From the NCBI GenBank assembly GCA_964016885.1, contig OZ024740.1, positions 30,566,001 through 30,630,000 on the forward strand: a DNA stretch of 64,000 nucleotides, given 5' to 3'. Under the pieces are notes generated by a model. The model was not told the origin of the DNA and ran no database searches. It was given only the letters and a program-made list of their open reading frames with translations. This DNA is from Eledone cirrhosa. Lineage: Eukaryota. Of this stretch, positions 31,824 to 47,220 are shown one piece after another; the stretch's first letter is position 1, and each line of letters starts with the position of its first letter. The position numbers were made by a program, and so were the translations under genes.

Positions 31824-34800
31824 CTATAGACATTATCAGCATAGTTTATTGACTACTATAGACATTATCAACATAGTGTTGTTGACTACTATAGACATTA
31901 TCACAATAGTGTGTTGACTACTATAGACATTATCACAATAGTGTTTTGACTACTATAGAATTTATCACAATAGTGTGTTGACTACTATAGACATTATCAC
32001 AATAGTGTTGTTGACTAGTATAGACATTATCACAATAGTGTTGTTGACTACTATAGACATTATCACAATAGTGTGTTGACTACTATAGACATTATCACAA
32101 TAGTGTGTTGAATACTATAGACATTATCACAATAGTGTTGTTGACTACTATAGACATTATCACCATAGTGTTGTTGACTACTATAGACATTATCGCAATA
32201 ATGTATTGACTGCTATAGACGTTATCACAATAGTGTGTTGACTAATATAGAAATGATCACGATAGTGTGTTGACTGCTATAGATATTATCACAATAGTGT
32301 TGTTGACTACTATAGACATTATCACAATAGTGTGTTGACTACTATAGACATTATCACAATAGTGTGTTGAATACTATAGACATTATCACAATAGTGTTGT
32401 TGACTACTATAGACATTATCACCATAGTATTGTTGACTACTATAGACATTATCGCAATAATGTATTGACTGCTATAGACGTTATCACAATAGTGTGTTGA
32501 CTAATATAGAAATGATCACGATAGTGTGTTGATTGCTATAGATATTATCACAATAGTGTTGTTGACTACTATAGACATTATCACGATAGTGTGTTGACTA
32601 CTATAAACATTATCACAATAGTGTTGTTGACTACTATAGACATTATCACAATAGTGTGTTGACTACTATAGACATTATCACAATAGTGTTGTTGACTACT
32701 ATAGACATTATCACAATAGTGTTGTTGACTACTATAGACATTATCACCACAGTGTTGTTGACTACTATAGACATTATCGCAATAATGTATTGACTGCTAT
32801 AGACGTTATCACAATAGTGTGTTGACTAATATAGAAATGATCACAATAGTGTGTTGACTGCTATAGATATTATCACAATAGTGTTTTTGACTACTATAGA
32901 CATTATCACGATAGTGTGTTGACTGCTATAGATATTATCACAATAGTGTTGTTGACTACTATAGACATTATCACAATAGTGTGTTGACTACTATAGACAT
33001 TATCATAATAATGTTGTTGACTACTATAGACATTATCACAATAGTGTGTTGACTACTATAAACATTATCACAATAGTGTTGTTGACTACTATAGACATTA
33101 TCACAATAGTATTATTGACTACTATAGACATTATAAAAATAGTGTTGTTGACTACTATAGATATTATCACAATAGTGTGTTGCCTACTATAGACATTATA
33201 ACAACAATGTTGTTGACTACTATAGACATTATCACAATAATGTTGTTGACTACTATAGACATTATCATAATAATGTTGTTGACTGCTCTAGACATTTTCA
33301 CCATAGTGTGTTGACTACTATAGACATTATCACAAAAGTGTTGTTGACTACTATAGACATTATCACAATAGTGTTGTTGACTAATATAGACATTATCACA
33401 ATAATGTGTTGGCTAATATAGACATTATCACAATAATGTTGTTGACTACTATAGACATTATCAGAATAGTGTTGTTGACTACTATAGACATTATCACAAT
33501 AGTGTGTTGACTACTATAGACATTATCACAATAGTGTTGTTGACTAGTATAGACATTATCACAATAGTGTTGTTGACTACTATAGACATTATCACAATAG
33601 TGTGTTGACTACTATAGACATTATCACAATAGTGTGTTGAATACTATAGACATTATCACAATAGTGTTGTTGACTACTATAGACATTATCACCGTAGTGT
33701 TGTTGACTACTATAGACATTATCGCAATAATGTATTGACTGCTATAGACGTTATCACAATAGTGTGTTGACTAATATAGAAATGATCACGATAGTGTGTT
33801 GACTGCTATAGATATTATCACAATAGTGTTGTTGACTACTATAGACATTATCACAATAGTGTGTTGACTACTATAGACATTATCACAATAGTGTGTTGAA
33901 TACTATAGACATTATCACAATAGTGTTGTTGACTACTATAGACATTATCACCATAGTATTGTTGACTACTATAGACATTATCGCAATAATGTATTGACTG
34001 CTATAGACGTTATCACAATAGTGTGTTGACTAATATAGAAATGATCACGATAGTGTGTTGATTGCTATAGATATTATCACAATAGTGTTGTTGACTACTA
34101 TAGACATTATCACGATAGTGTGTTGACTACTATAAACATTATCACAATAGTGTTGTTGACTACTATAGACATTATCACAATAGTGATGTTGACAACCATA
34201 GACATTATCACAATAGTGTGTTGACTACTATAGACATTATCACTATAATGTTGTTGACTACTATAGACATTATCAAAATAATGTTGTTGTCTGCTCTAGA
34301 CATTTTCACCATAGTGTGTTGACTACTATAGACATTATCACAAAAGTGTTGTTCACTACTATAGACATTATCACAATAGTGTTGTTGACTACTATAGACA
34401 TTATAACAATAATGTGTTGGCTAATATAGACATTATCACAATAATGTTGTTGACTACTATAGACATTATCAGAATAGTGTGTTGACTACTATATACATTA
34501 TCAAAATAGTGTTTTGACTACTATAGACATTATCATAATAATGTTGTTGACTACTATAGACATTATCACAATAGTGTGTTGACTACTATAGACATTATCA
34601 CAATAGTGTGTTGACTACTATAGAGATTATCATAATAATTTTGTTAACTACTATAGACATTATCACAATAATGTGTTGACTAATATAGACATTATAACAA
34701 TAATGTTGTTGACTACTATAGACATTATCAGAATAGTGTTGTTGACTACTATAGACATTATCACAATAGTTTTGTTGACTACTATAGACATTATCACAAT

Positions 34801-37800
34801 AGTGTGTTGACTACTATAGACATTATCACAATAGTGTTGTTGACTACTATAGACATTATCACAATAACGTATTGACTGCTATAGACATTATCACAATAGT
34901 GTGTTGTCTACTATAGACATTATCACAATAGTGTGTTGACTGCTATAGATATTATCACAATAGTGTCGTTGACTACTATAGACATTATCACAATAGTGTG
35001 TTGACTGCTATAGATATTATCACAATAGCGTTGTTGACCACTATAGACATTATCACAATAGTGTGTTGACTACTATAGACATTATCACAATAGAGTGTTG
35101 ACTACTATAGACATTATCATAATAATGTTGTTGACTACTATAGACATTATCACAATAGTGTTGTTGACTACAATACACATTATCATAACAGTGTGTTGAC
35201 TACTATAGACCCTGTCACAATAGTGCTGTTGACTACTATAGACATTATCACAATAATGTTTTGACTACTATAGACATTATCACAATAGTGTTGTTGACTA
35301 CTATAGACATTATCACAATAATGTGTTGACTGCTATAGATATTATCACAATAGTGTTGTTGACTACTACAGACATTATCAAAATAGTGTGTTGACTGCTA
35401 TAGATATTATCACAATAGTGTTGTTGACTACTATATACATTATCACAATAGTGTGTTGACTACTATATACATTATCCCAATAGAGTGTTGACTACTATAG
35501 ACATTATCATAATAATGTTGTTGACTACTATAGACATTATCACAATAGTGTTGTTGACTACAATACACATTATCATAACAGTGTGTTGACTACTATAGAC
35601 CCTGTCACAATAGTGCTGTTGACTACTATAGACATTATCACAATAATGTTTTGACTACTATAGACATTATCACAATAGTGTTGTTGACAACTCTAGACAT
35701 TATCACAATAGTGTGTTGACTACTATAGACATTATCACAATAATGTTGTTGATTACTATAGACATTATCATAATAATGTTGTTGACTGCTACAGACATTA
35801 TCACAATAGTGTGTTGACTACTATAGACATTATCACAATAGTGTGTTGACTACTATAGACATTATCACAATAGAGTTGTTGACTACTATAGACATTATCA
35901 CAATAGTGTTGTTGACTACTATAGATATTATCATAATAGTGTTGTTGACTTCTATAGACATTATCACAATAGTGTGTTGACTACTATAGACATTATCACA
36001 ATAGTGTGTTGACATCTATAGATATTATCACAATAGTGTTGCTGACTACTATAGACATTATCACTATAGTGTGTTGACTACTATAGACATTATCACAATA
36101 GTGTTGTTGACTACTATAGACATTATCACAATAATGTTGTTGACTGCTATAGACATTATCACAATAGTGTGTTGACTACTATAGACATTATCACAAGAGT
36201 GTGTTGACTACTATAGACATTATAACAATAATGTTTTTGACTACTATAGACATTATGACAATAATGTTGTTGACTACTATAGACATTATCACAATAGTGT
36301 GTTGACTACTATAGACATTATAACAATAGTGTTGTTGACTATTATAGACATTATCACAATAGTGTTGTTGACTACTATAGACATTATCACAATAGTGTGG
36401 TGACTACTATAGACATTATAACAATAATGTTTTTGACTACTATAGACATTATGACAATAATGTTGTTGACTGCTTTAGACATTATCACAATAATGTTTTG
36501 ACTACTATAGACATTATCACAATAGTGTTGTTGACTACTATAGACATTATCACAATAATGTGTTGACTAATATAGACATTATCACAATAGTGTTGTTGAC
36601 TACTATAGACATTATCTCAATAGTGTGTTGACAACTATAGACATTATCACAATAGTGTTGTTGACTACTATAGACATTATCACAATAGTGTGTTGACAAC
36701 TATAGACATTATCACAATAGTGTTGTTGACTACTATAGACTTTATCACAATAATGTGTTGACTAATATAGACATTATCACAAAAGTGTTGTTGACTACTA
36801 TAGACATTATCACAATAGTGTTGTTGACTACTATAGACATTATCACAATAATGTGTTGACTAATATAGACATTATCACAATAATGTTGTTGACTACTATA
36901 GACATTATCAGAATAGTGTTGTTGACTACTATAGACATTATCACAATAGTGTTGTTGACTACTATAGATATTATCACAATAGTGTGTTGACTACTATAGA
37001 CATTATCACAATAGTGTTGTTGACTACTATAGACATTATCACCATAGTGTTGTTGACTACTATAGACATTATCGCAATATTGTTTTGACTGCTATAGACG
37101 TTATCACAATAGTGTGTTGACTAATATAGAAATGATCACAATAGTGTGTTGACTGCTACAGATATTATCACAATAGTGTTGTTGACTACTATAGACATTA
37201 TCACAATAGTGTGTTCACTGCTATAGATATTATCACACTAGTGTTGTTGACTACTATAGATATTATCACAATAGTGTGTTGACTACCATAGACATTATCA
37301 CAATAGTGTGTTGACTACTATAGACATTATCGCAATAGTGTGTTGACTACTATAGACATTATCGCAATAGTGTGTTGACTAATATAGACGTTATCACAAT
37401 AGTGTTGTTGACTACTATAGACATTATCACAATAGTGTGTAGACTACTATAGACATTATCACAATAGTGTTGTTGACTACTATAGACATTATCGCAATAG
37501 TGTGTTGACTAATATAGACATTATGACCATAGTGTGTTTACTACTATAGACATTATCATAATAATGTTGTTGTCTGCTATAGCCATTATCACAATAGAGT
37601 GTTGACTACTATAAACATTATCACAAGAGTATGTTGACTACTATAGACATTATCACAGTAGTGTTGTTGACTACTATAGACATTATCACAATAGTGTTGT
37701 TGACTACTATAGACATTATCACAATAGTGTTGTTGACTACTATAGACATTATCACAATAATGTGTTGACTGCTATAGATATTATCACAATAGTGTTGTTG

Positions 37801-39532
37801 ACTACTATAGACATTATCACAATAATGTTTTGACTACTATAGACATTATCACAATAGTGTTGTTGACTACTATAGACATTATAAAAATAGTATTGTTGAC
37901 TACTATAAATATTATCACAATAGTGTGTTGACTACTATAGAAATTATAACAACAATGTTGTTGACTACTATAGATATTATCACAATAATGTTGTTGTCTA
38001 CTATAGACATTATCATGATAATGTTGTTGACTGCTACAGACATTATCACAATAGTGTGTTGAATACTATAGACATTATCACAATTGTGTGTTGACTACTA
38101 TAGACATTATCACAATAGAGTTGTTGACTACTATAGACATTATCACAATAGTGTTGTTGACTACTATAGACATTATCACAATAGTGTGTTGACTACTATA
38201 GACATTATAACAATAATGTTTTTGACTACTATAGACATTATGACAATAATGTTGTTGACTACTATAGACATTCTCATAATAATGTTGTTGACTGCTATAG
38301 ACATTATCACAATAGTGTGTTGACTACTATAGACATTATCACAATAGTGTGTTGACTACTATAGAGATTATCATAATAATGTTGTTGACTACTATAGACA
38401 TTATCACAATAGTGTGTTGACTACTATAGACATTATCATAATAATGTTGTTGACTGCTATAGACATTATCACGATAGTGTGTTGATGACTATAGACATTA
38501 TCACCATAGTGTGTTGACTACTATAGACATCATCACAAAAGTGGTGTTGACTACTATAGACATTATCACGATAGTGTTGTTGACTACTATAGACATTATC
38601 GCAATAATGTGTTGACTAATATAGACATTATCACAATAATGTGTTGACTACTATAGACATTATCACAATAATGTTGTTGACTACTATATACATTATCACC
38701 ATAGTGTGTTGACTAATATAGACATCATCACAAAAGTGGTGTTGACTACTATAGACATTATAACAACAATGTTGTTGACTACTATAGATATTATCACAAT
38801 AATGTTGTTGACTACTATAGACATTATCATAATAATGTTGTTGACTGCTCTAGACATTTTCACCATAGTGTGTTGACTACTATAGACATTATCACAAAAG
38901 TGTTGTTGACTACTATAGACATTATCACAATAGTGTTGTTGACTACTATAGACATTATCACAATAATGTGTTGGCTAATATAGACATTATCACAATAATG
39001 TTGTTGACTACTATAGACATTATCAGAATAGTGTTGTTGACTACTATAGACATTATCACAATAGTGTTGTTGACTACTATAGACATTATCAGAATAGTGT
39101 GTTGACTACTATAGACATTATCACAATAGTGTTTTCACTACTATAGACATTATCATAATAATGTTGTTGACTACTATAGACATTATCACAATAGTGTGTT
39201 GACTACTATAGATATTATCACAATAGTGTGTTGACTACTATAGAGATTATAATAATAATGTTGTTGACTACTATAGACATCATCACAAAAGTGTTGTTTA
39301 CTACTATAGACATTATCACAATAGTGTTGTTGACTACTATAGACATTATCACAATAATGTGTTGACTAATATAGACATTATCACAATAATGTTGTTGACT
39401 ACTATAGACATTATCAGAATAGTGTTGTTGACTACTATAGACATTATCACAATAGTGTTGTTGACTACTATAGACATTATCACAATAGTGTGTTGACTAC
39501 TATAGACATTATCACAATAGTGTTGTTGACTA

Positions 39533-39534
39533 TC

Positions 39535-39607
<73 letters not shown>

Positions 39608-39693
39608 CCAAGATAATACGTCATTATAGGGAGGAAGGAGAACAATTACAAGCAAAGACAAAACCACGTAAATGGTATAACTGAAGGCGTAGA
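39533..39693. repeat. Satellite-interrupting cassette copy 6 (identical to copy 5)
   Basis: Part of the 7870-bp duplication, with the same (TA)n length. Confidence 0.9.
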
Positions 39694-40996
39694 CTATAGA
39701 CATTATCAGCATAGTTTATTGACTACTATAGACATTATCAACATAGTGTTGTTGACTACTATAGACATTATCACAATAGTGTGTTGACTACTATAGACAT
39801 TATCACAATAGTGTTTTGACTACTATAGAATTTATCACAATAGTGTGTTGACTACTATAGACATTATCACAATAGTGTTGTTGACTAGTATAGACATTAT
39901 CACAATAGTGTTGTTGACTACTATAGACATTATCACAATAGTGTGTTGACTACTATAGACATTATCACAATAGTGTGTTGAATACTATAGACATTATCAC
40001 AATAGTGTTGTTGACTACTATAGACATTATCACCATAGTGTTGTTGACTACTATAGACATTATCGCAATAATGTATTGACTGCTATAGACGTTATCACAA
40101 TAGTGTGTTGACTAATATAGAAATGATCACGATAGTGTGTTGACTGCTATAGATATTATCACAATAGTGTTGTTGACTACTATAGACATTATCACAATAG
40201 TGTGTTGACTACTATAGACATTATCACAATAGTGTGTTGAATACTATAGACATTATCACAATAGTGTTGTTGACTACTATAGACATTATCACCATAGTAT
40301 TGTTGACTACTATAGACATTATCGCAATAATGTATTGACTGCTATAGACGTTATCACAATAGTGTGTTGACTAATATAGAAATGATCACGATAGTGTGTT
40401 GATTGCTATAGATATTATCACAATAGTGTTGTTGACTACTATAGACATTATCACGATAGTGTGTTGACTACTATAAACATTATCACAATAGTGTTGTTGA
40501 CTACTATAGACATTATCACAATAGTGTGTTGACTACTATAGACATTATAACAATAATGTTTTTGACTACTATAGACATTATGACAATAATGTTGTTGACT
40601 ACTATAGACATTATCATAATAATGTTGTTGACTGCTATAGACATTATCACAATAGTGTGTTGACTACTATAGACATTATCACAATAGTGTGTTGACTACT
40701 ATAGAGATTATCATAATAATGTTGTTGACTACTATAGACATTATCACAATAGTGTGTTGACTACTATAGACATTATCATAATAATGTTGTTGACTGCTAT
40801 AGACATTATCACGATAGTGTGTTGATGAGTATAGACATTATCTCCATAGTGTGTTGACTACTATAGACATCATCACAAAAGTGGTGTTGACTACTATAGA
40901 CATTATCACGATAGTGTTGTTGACTACTATAGACATTATCGCAATAATGTGTTGACTAATATAGACATTATCACAATAATGTGTTGACTACTATAG

Positions 40997-43900
40997 ACAT
41001 TATCACAATAATGTTGTTGACTACTATATACATTATCATAATAATGTTGTTGACTGCTATAGACATTATCACAATAGTGTGTTGACTACTATAGACATTA
41101 TAACAACAATGTTGTTGACTACTATAGATATTATCACAATAATGTTGTTGACTACTATAGACATTATCATGATAATGTTGTTGACTGCTACAGACATTAT
41201 CACAATAGTGTGTTGACTACTATAGACATTATCACAATAGTGTGTTGACTACTATAGACATTATCACAATAGAGTTGTTGACTACTATAGACATTATCAC
41301 AATAGTGTTGTTGACTACTATAGACATTATCACAATAGTGTTGTTGACTACTATAGACATTATCACCATAGTGTGTTGACTACTATAGACATCATCACAA
41401 AAGTGGTGTTGACTACTATAGACATTATCACGATAGTGTTGTTGACTACTATAGACATTATCGCAATAACGTGTTGACTACTATAGACATTATCACAATA
41501 GTGTGTTGACTACTATAGACATTATCACAATAGTGTTGTTGACTACTAAAGACATTATCACAATAGTGTTGTTGACTACTATAGACATTATCACAATAGT
41601 GTGTTGACTGCTATAGATATTATCACAATAGTGTTGTTGACTACTATATACATTATCACAATAGTGTGTTGACTACTATATACATTATCACAATAGTGTG
41701 TTGACTACTATAGACATTATCATAATAATGTTGTTGACTACTATAGACATTATCACAATAGTGTTGTTGACTACAATAGACATTATCATAATAGTGTGTT
41801 GACTACTATAGATCCTGTCACAATAATGTTTTGACTACTATAGACATTATCACAATAGTGTGTTGACTAATATAGACATTATCACAATAGTGTTGTTGAC
41901 TACTATAGACATTATCAGAATAGTGTTGTTGACTACTATAGACATTATCACAATAGTGTTGTTGACTACTATAGATATTATCACAATAGTGTGTTGACTA
42001 CTATAGACATTATCACAATAGTGTTGTTGACTACTATAGACATTATCACCATAGTGTTGTTGACTACTATAGACATTATCACAATAGTGTTGTTGACTAC
42101 TATAGACATTATCACAATAGTGTGTTGACTACTATAGACATTATAACAATAATGTTTTTGACTACTATAGACATTATGACAATAATGTTGTTGACTACTA
42201 TAGACATTATCATAATAATGTTGTTGACTGCTATAGACATTATCACAATAGTGTGTTGACTACTATAGACATTATCACAATAGTGTGTTGACTACTATAG
42301 AGATTATCATAATAATGTTGTTGACTACTATAGACATTATCACAATAGTGTGTTGACTACTATAGACATTATCATAATAATGTTGTTGACTGCTATAGAC
42401 ATTATCACGATAGTGTGTTGATGACTATAGACATTATCACCATAGTGTGTTGACTACTATAGACATCATCACAAAAGTGGTGTTGAGTACTATAGACATT
42501 ATCACGATAGTGTTGTTGACTACTATAGACATTATCGCAATAATGTGTTGACTAATATAGACATTATCACAATAATGTGTTGACTACTATAGACATTATC
42601 ACAATAATGTTGTTGACTACTATATACGTTATCATAATAATGTTGTTGACTGCTATAGACATTATCACAATAGTGTGTTGACTACTATAGACATTATAAC
42701 AATAATGTTTTTGACTACTATAGATATTATGACAATAATGTTGTTGACTACTATAGACATTATCATAATAATATTGTTGACTGCTATAGACATTATCACA
42801 ATAGTGTGTTGACTACTATAGACATTATCACAATAGTGTGTTGACTACTATAGACATTATCACAATAGTGTTGTTGACTACTAAAGACATTATCACAATA
42901 GTGTTGTTGACTACTATAGACATTATCACAATAGTGTGTTGACTGCTATAGATATTATCACAATAGTGTTGTTGACTACTATAGACATTATCACAATAGT
43001 GTTGTTGACTACTAAAGACATTATCACAATAGTGTTGTTGACTACTATAGACATTATCACAATAGTGTGTTGACTGCTATAGATATTATCACAATAGTGT
43101 TGTTGACTACTATATACATTATCACAATAATGTTGTTGACTACTATATACATTATCATAATAATGTTGTTGACTGCTATAGACATTATCACAATAGTGTG
43201 TTGACTACTATAGACATTATAACAACAATGTTGTTGACTACTATAGATATTATCACAATAATGTTGTTGACTACTATAGACATTATCATGATAATGTTGT
43301 TGACTGCTACAGACATTATCACAATAGTGTGTTGACTACTATAGACATTATCACAATAGTGTGTTGACTACTATAGACATTATCACAATAGAGTTGTTGA
43401 CTACTATAGACATTATCACAATAGTGTTGTTGACTACTATAGACATTATCACAATAGTGTTGTTGACTACTATAGACATTATCACCATAGTGTGTTGACT
43501 ACTATAGACATCATCACAAAAGTGGTGTTGACTACTATAGACATTATCACGATAGTGTTGTTGACTACTATAGACATTATCGCAATAACGTGTTGACTAC
43601 TATAGACATTATCACAATAGTGTGTTGACTACTATAGACATTATCACAATAGTGTTGTTGACTACTAAAGACATTATCACAATAGTGTTTTTGACTACTA
43701 TAGACATTATCACAATAGTGTGTTGACTGCTATAGATATTATCACAATAGTGTTGTTGACTACTATATACATTATCACAATAGTGTGTTGACTACTATAT
43801 ACATTATCACAATAGTGTGTTGACTACTATAGACATTATCATAATAATGTTGTTGACTACTATAGACATTATCACAATAGTGTTGTTGACTACAATAGAC

Positions 43901-46900
43901 ATTATCATAATAGTGTGTTGACTACTATAGATCCTGTCACAATAATGTTTTGACTACTATAGACATTATCACAATAGTGTGTTGACTAATATAGACATTA
44001 TCACAATAGTGTTGTTGACTACTATAGACATTATCAGAATAGTGTTGTTGACTACTATAGACATTATCACAATAGTGTTGTTGACTACTATAGATATTAT
44101 CACAATAGTGTGTTGACTACTATAGACATTATCACAATAGTGTTGTTGACTACTATAGACATTATCACCATAGTGTTGTTGACTACTATAGACATTATCA
44201 CAATAGTGTTGTTGACTACTATAGACATTATCACAATAGTGTGTTGACTACTATAGACATTATAACAATAATGTTTTTGACTACTATAGACATTATGACA
44301 ATAATGTTGTTGACTACTATAGACATTATCATAATAATGTTGTTGACTGCTATAGACATTATCACAATAGTGTGTTGACTACTATAGACATTATCACAAT
44401 AGTGTGTTGACTACTATAGAGATTATCATAATAATGTTGTTGACTACTATAGACATTATCACAATAGTGTGTTGACTACTATAGACATTATCATAATAAT
44501 GTTGTTGACTGCTATAGACATTATCACGATAGTGTGTTGATGACTATAGACATTATCACCATAGTGTGTTGACTACTATAGACATCATCACAAAAGTGGT
44601 GTTGAGTACTATAGACATTATCACGATAGTGTTGTTGACTACTATAGACATTATCGCAATAATGTGTTGACTAATATAGACATTATCACAATAATGTGTT
44701 GACTACTATAGACATTATCACAATAATGTTGTTGACTACTATATACGTTATCATAATAATGTTGTTGACTGCTATAGACATTATCACAATAGTGTGTTGA
44801 CTACTATAGACATTATAACAATAATGTTTTTGACTACTATAGATATTATGACAATAATGTTGTTGACTACTATAGACATTATCATAATAATATTGTTGAC
44901 TGCTATAGACATTATCACAATAGTGTGTTGACTACTATAGACATTATCACAATAGTGTGTTGACTACTATAGACATTATCACAATAGTGTTGTTGACTAC
45001 TAAAGACATTATCACAATAGTGTTGTTGACTACTATAGACATTATCACAATAGTGTGTTGACTGCTATAGATATTATCACAATAGTGTTGTTGACTACTA
45101 TAGACATTATCACAATAGTGTTGTTGACTACTAAAGACATTATCACAATAGTGTTGTTGACTACTATAGACATTATCACAATAGTGTGTTGACTGCTATA
45201 GATATTATCACAATAGTGTTGTTGACTACTATATACATTATCACAATAATGTTGTTGACTACTATATACATTATCATAATAATGTTGTTGACTGCTATAG
45301 ACATTATCACAATAGTGTGTTGACTACTATAGACATTATAACAACAATGTTGTTGACTATTATAGATATTATCACAATAATGTTGTTGACTACTATAGAC
45401 ATTATCATGATAATGTTGTTGACTGCTACAGACATTATCACAATAGTGTGTTGACTACTATAGACATTATCACAATAGTGTGTTGACTACTATAGACATT
45501 ATCACAATAGAGTTGTTGACTACTATAGACATTATCACAATAGTGTTGTTGACTACTATAGACATTATCACAATAGTGTTGTTGACTACTATAGACATTA
45601 TCACCATAGTGTGTTGACTACTATAGACATCATCACAAAAGTGGTGTTGACTACTATAGACATGATCACGATAGTGTTGTTGACTACTATAGACATTATC
45701 GCAATAACGTGTTGACTACTATAGACATTATCACAATAGTGTGTTGACTACTATAGACATTATCACAATAGTGTTGTTGACTACTAAAGACATTATCACA
45801 ATAGTGTTGTTGACTACTATAGACATTATCACAATAGTGTGTTGACTGCTATAGATATTATCACAATAGTGTTGTTGACTACTATATACATTATCACAAT
45901 AGTGTGTTGACTACTATATACATTATCACAATAGTGTGTTGACTACTATAGACATTATCATAATAATGTTGTTGACTACTATAGACATTATCACAATAGT
46001 GTTGTTGACTACAATAGACATTATCATAATAGTGTGTTGACTACTATAGATCCTGTCACAATAATGTTTTGACTACTATAGACATTATCACAATAGTGTG
46101 TTGACTAATATAGACATTATCACAATAGTGTTGTTGACTACTATAGACATTATCAGAATAGTGTTGTTGACTACTATAGACATTATCACAATAGTGTTGT
46201 TGACTACTATAGATATTATCACAATAGTGTGTTGACTACTATAGACATTATCACAATAGTGTTGTTGACTACTATAGACATTATCACCATAGTGTTGTTG
46301 ACTACTATAGACATTATCACAATAGTGTTGTTGACTACTATAGACATTATCACAATAGTGTGTTGACTACTATAGACATTATAACAATAATGTTTTTGAC
46401 TACTATAGACATTATGACAATAATGTTGTTGACTACTATAGACATTATCATAATAATGTTGTTGACTGCTATAGACATTATCACAATAGTGTGTTGACTA
46501 CTATAGACATTATCACAATAGTGTGTTGACTACTATAGAGATTATCATAATAATGTTGTTGACTACTATAGACATTATCACAATAGTGTGTTGACTACTA
46601 TAGACATTATCATAATAATGTTGTTGACTGCTATAGACATTATCACGATAGTGTGTTGATGACTATAGACATTATCACCATAGTGTGTTGACTACTATAG
46701 ACATCATCACAAAAGTGGTGTTGAGTACTATAGACATTATCACGATAGTGTTGTTGACTACTATAGACATTATCGCAATAATGTGTTGACTAATATAGAC
46801 ATTATCACAATAATGTGTTGACTACTATAGACATTATCACAATAATGTTGTTGACTACTATATACGTTATCATAATAATGTTGTTGACTGCTATAGACAT

Positions 46901-47220
46901 TATCACAATAGTGTGTTGACTACTATAGACATTATAACAATAATGTTTTTGACTACTATAGATATTATGACAATAATGTTGTTGACTACTATAGACATTA
47001 TCATAATAATATTGTTGACTGCTATAGACATTATCACAATAGTGTGTTGACTACTATAGACATTATCACAATAGTGTGTTGACTACTATAGACATTATCA
47101 CAATAGTGTTGTTGACTACTAAAGACATTATCACAATAGTGTTGTTGACTACTATAGACATTATCACAATAGTGTGTTGACTGCTATAGATATTATCACA
47201 ATAGTGTTGTTGACTACTAT
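40997..47220. repeat. Higher-order repeat, 2119-bp unit (~65 monomers), about 3 copies
   Basis: Rare variant GATCCTGTCACAATAATGTTTTG at 41811, 43930 and 46049 (spacing 2119, 2119), with matching neighbouring variants. Confidence 0.88.

Larger units (their letters stand above)
24756..40548. repeat. Apparently exact tandem duplication of a 7870-bp satellite block (two copies)
   Basis: Identical ORFs at 27963/35833, 30214/38084, 31479/39349 and 31660/39530, all offset 7870. The rare variant CACCACAG occurs at ~24875 and ~32745. Boundaries estimated by eye. Confidence 0.92.
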
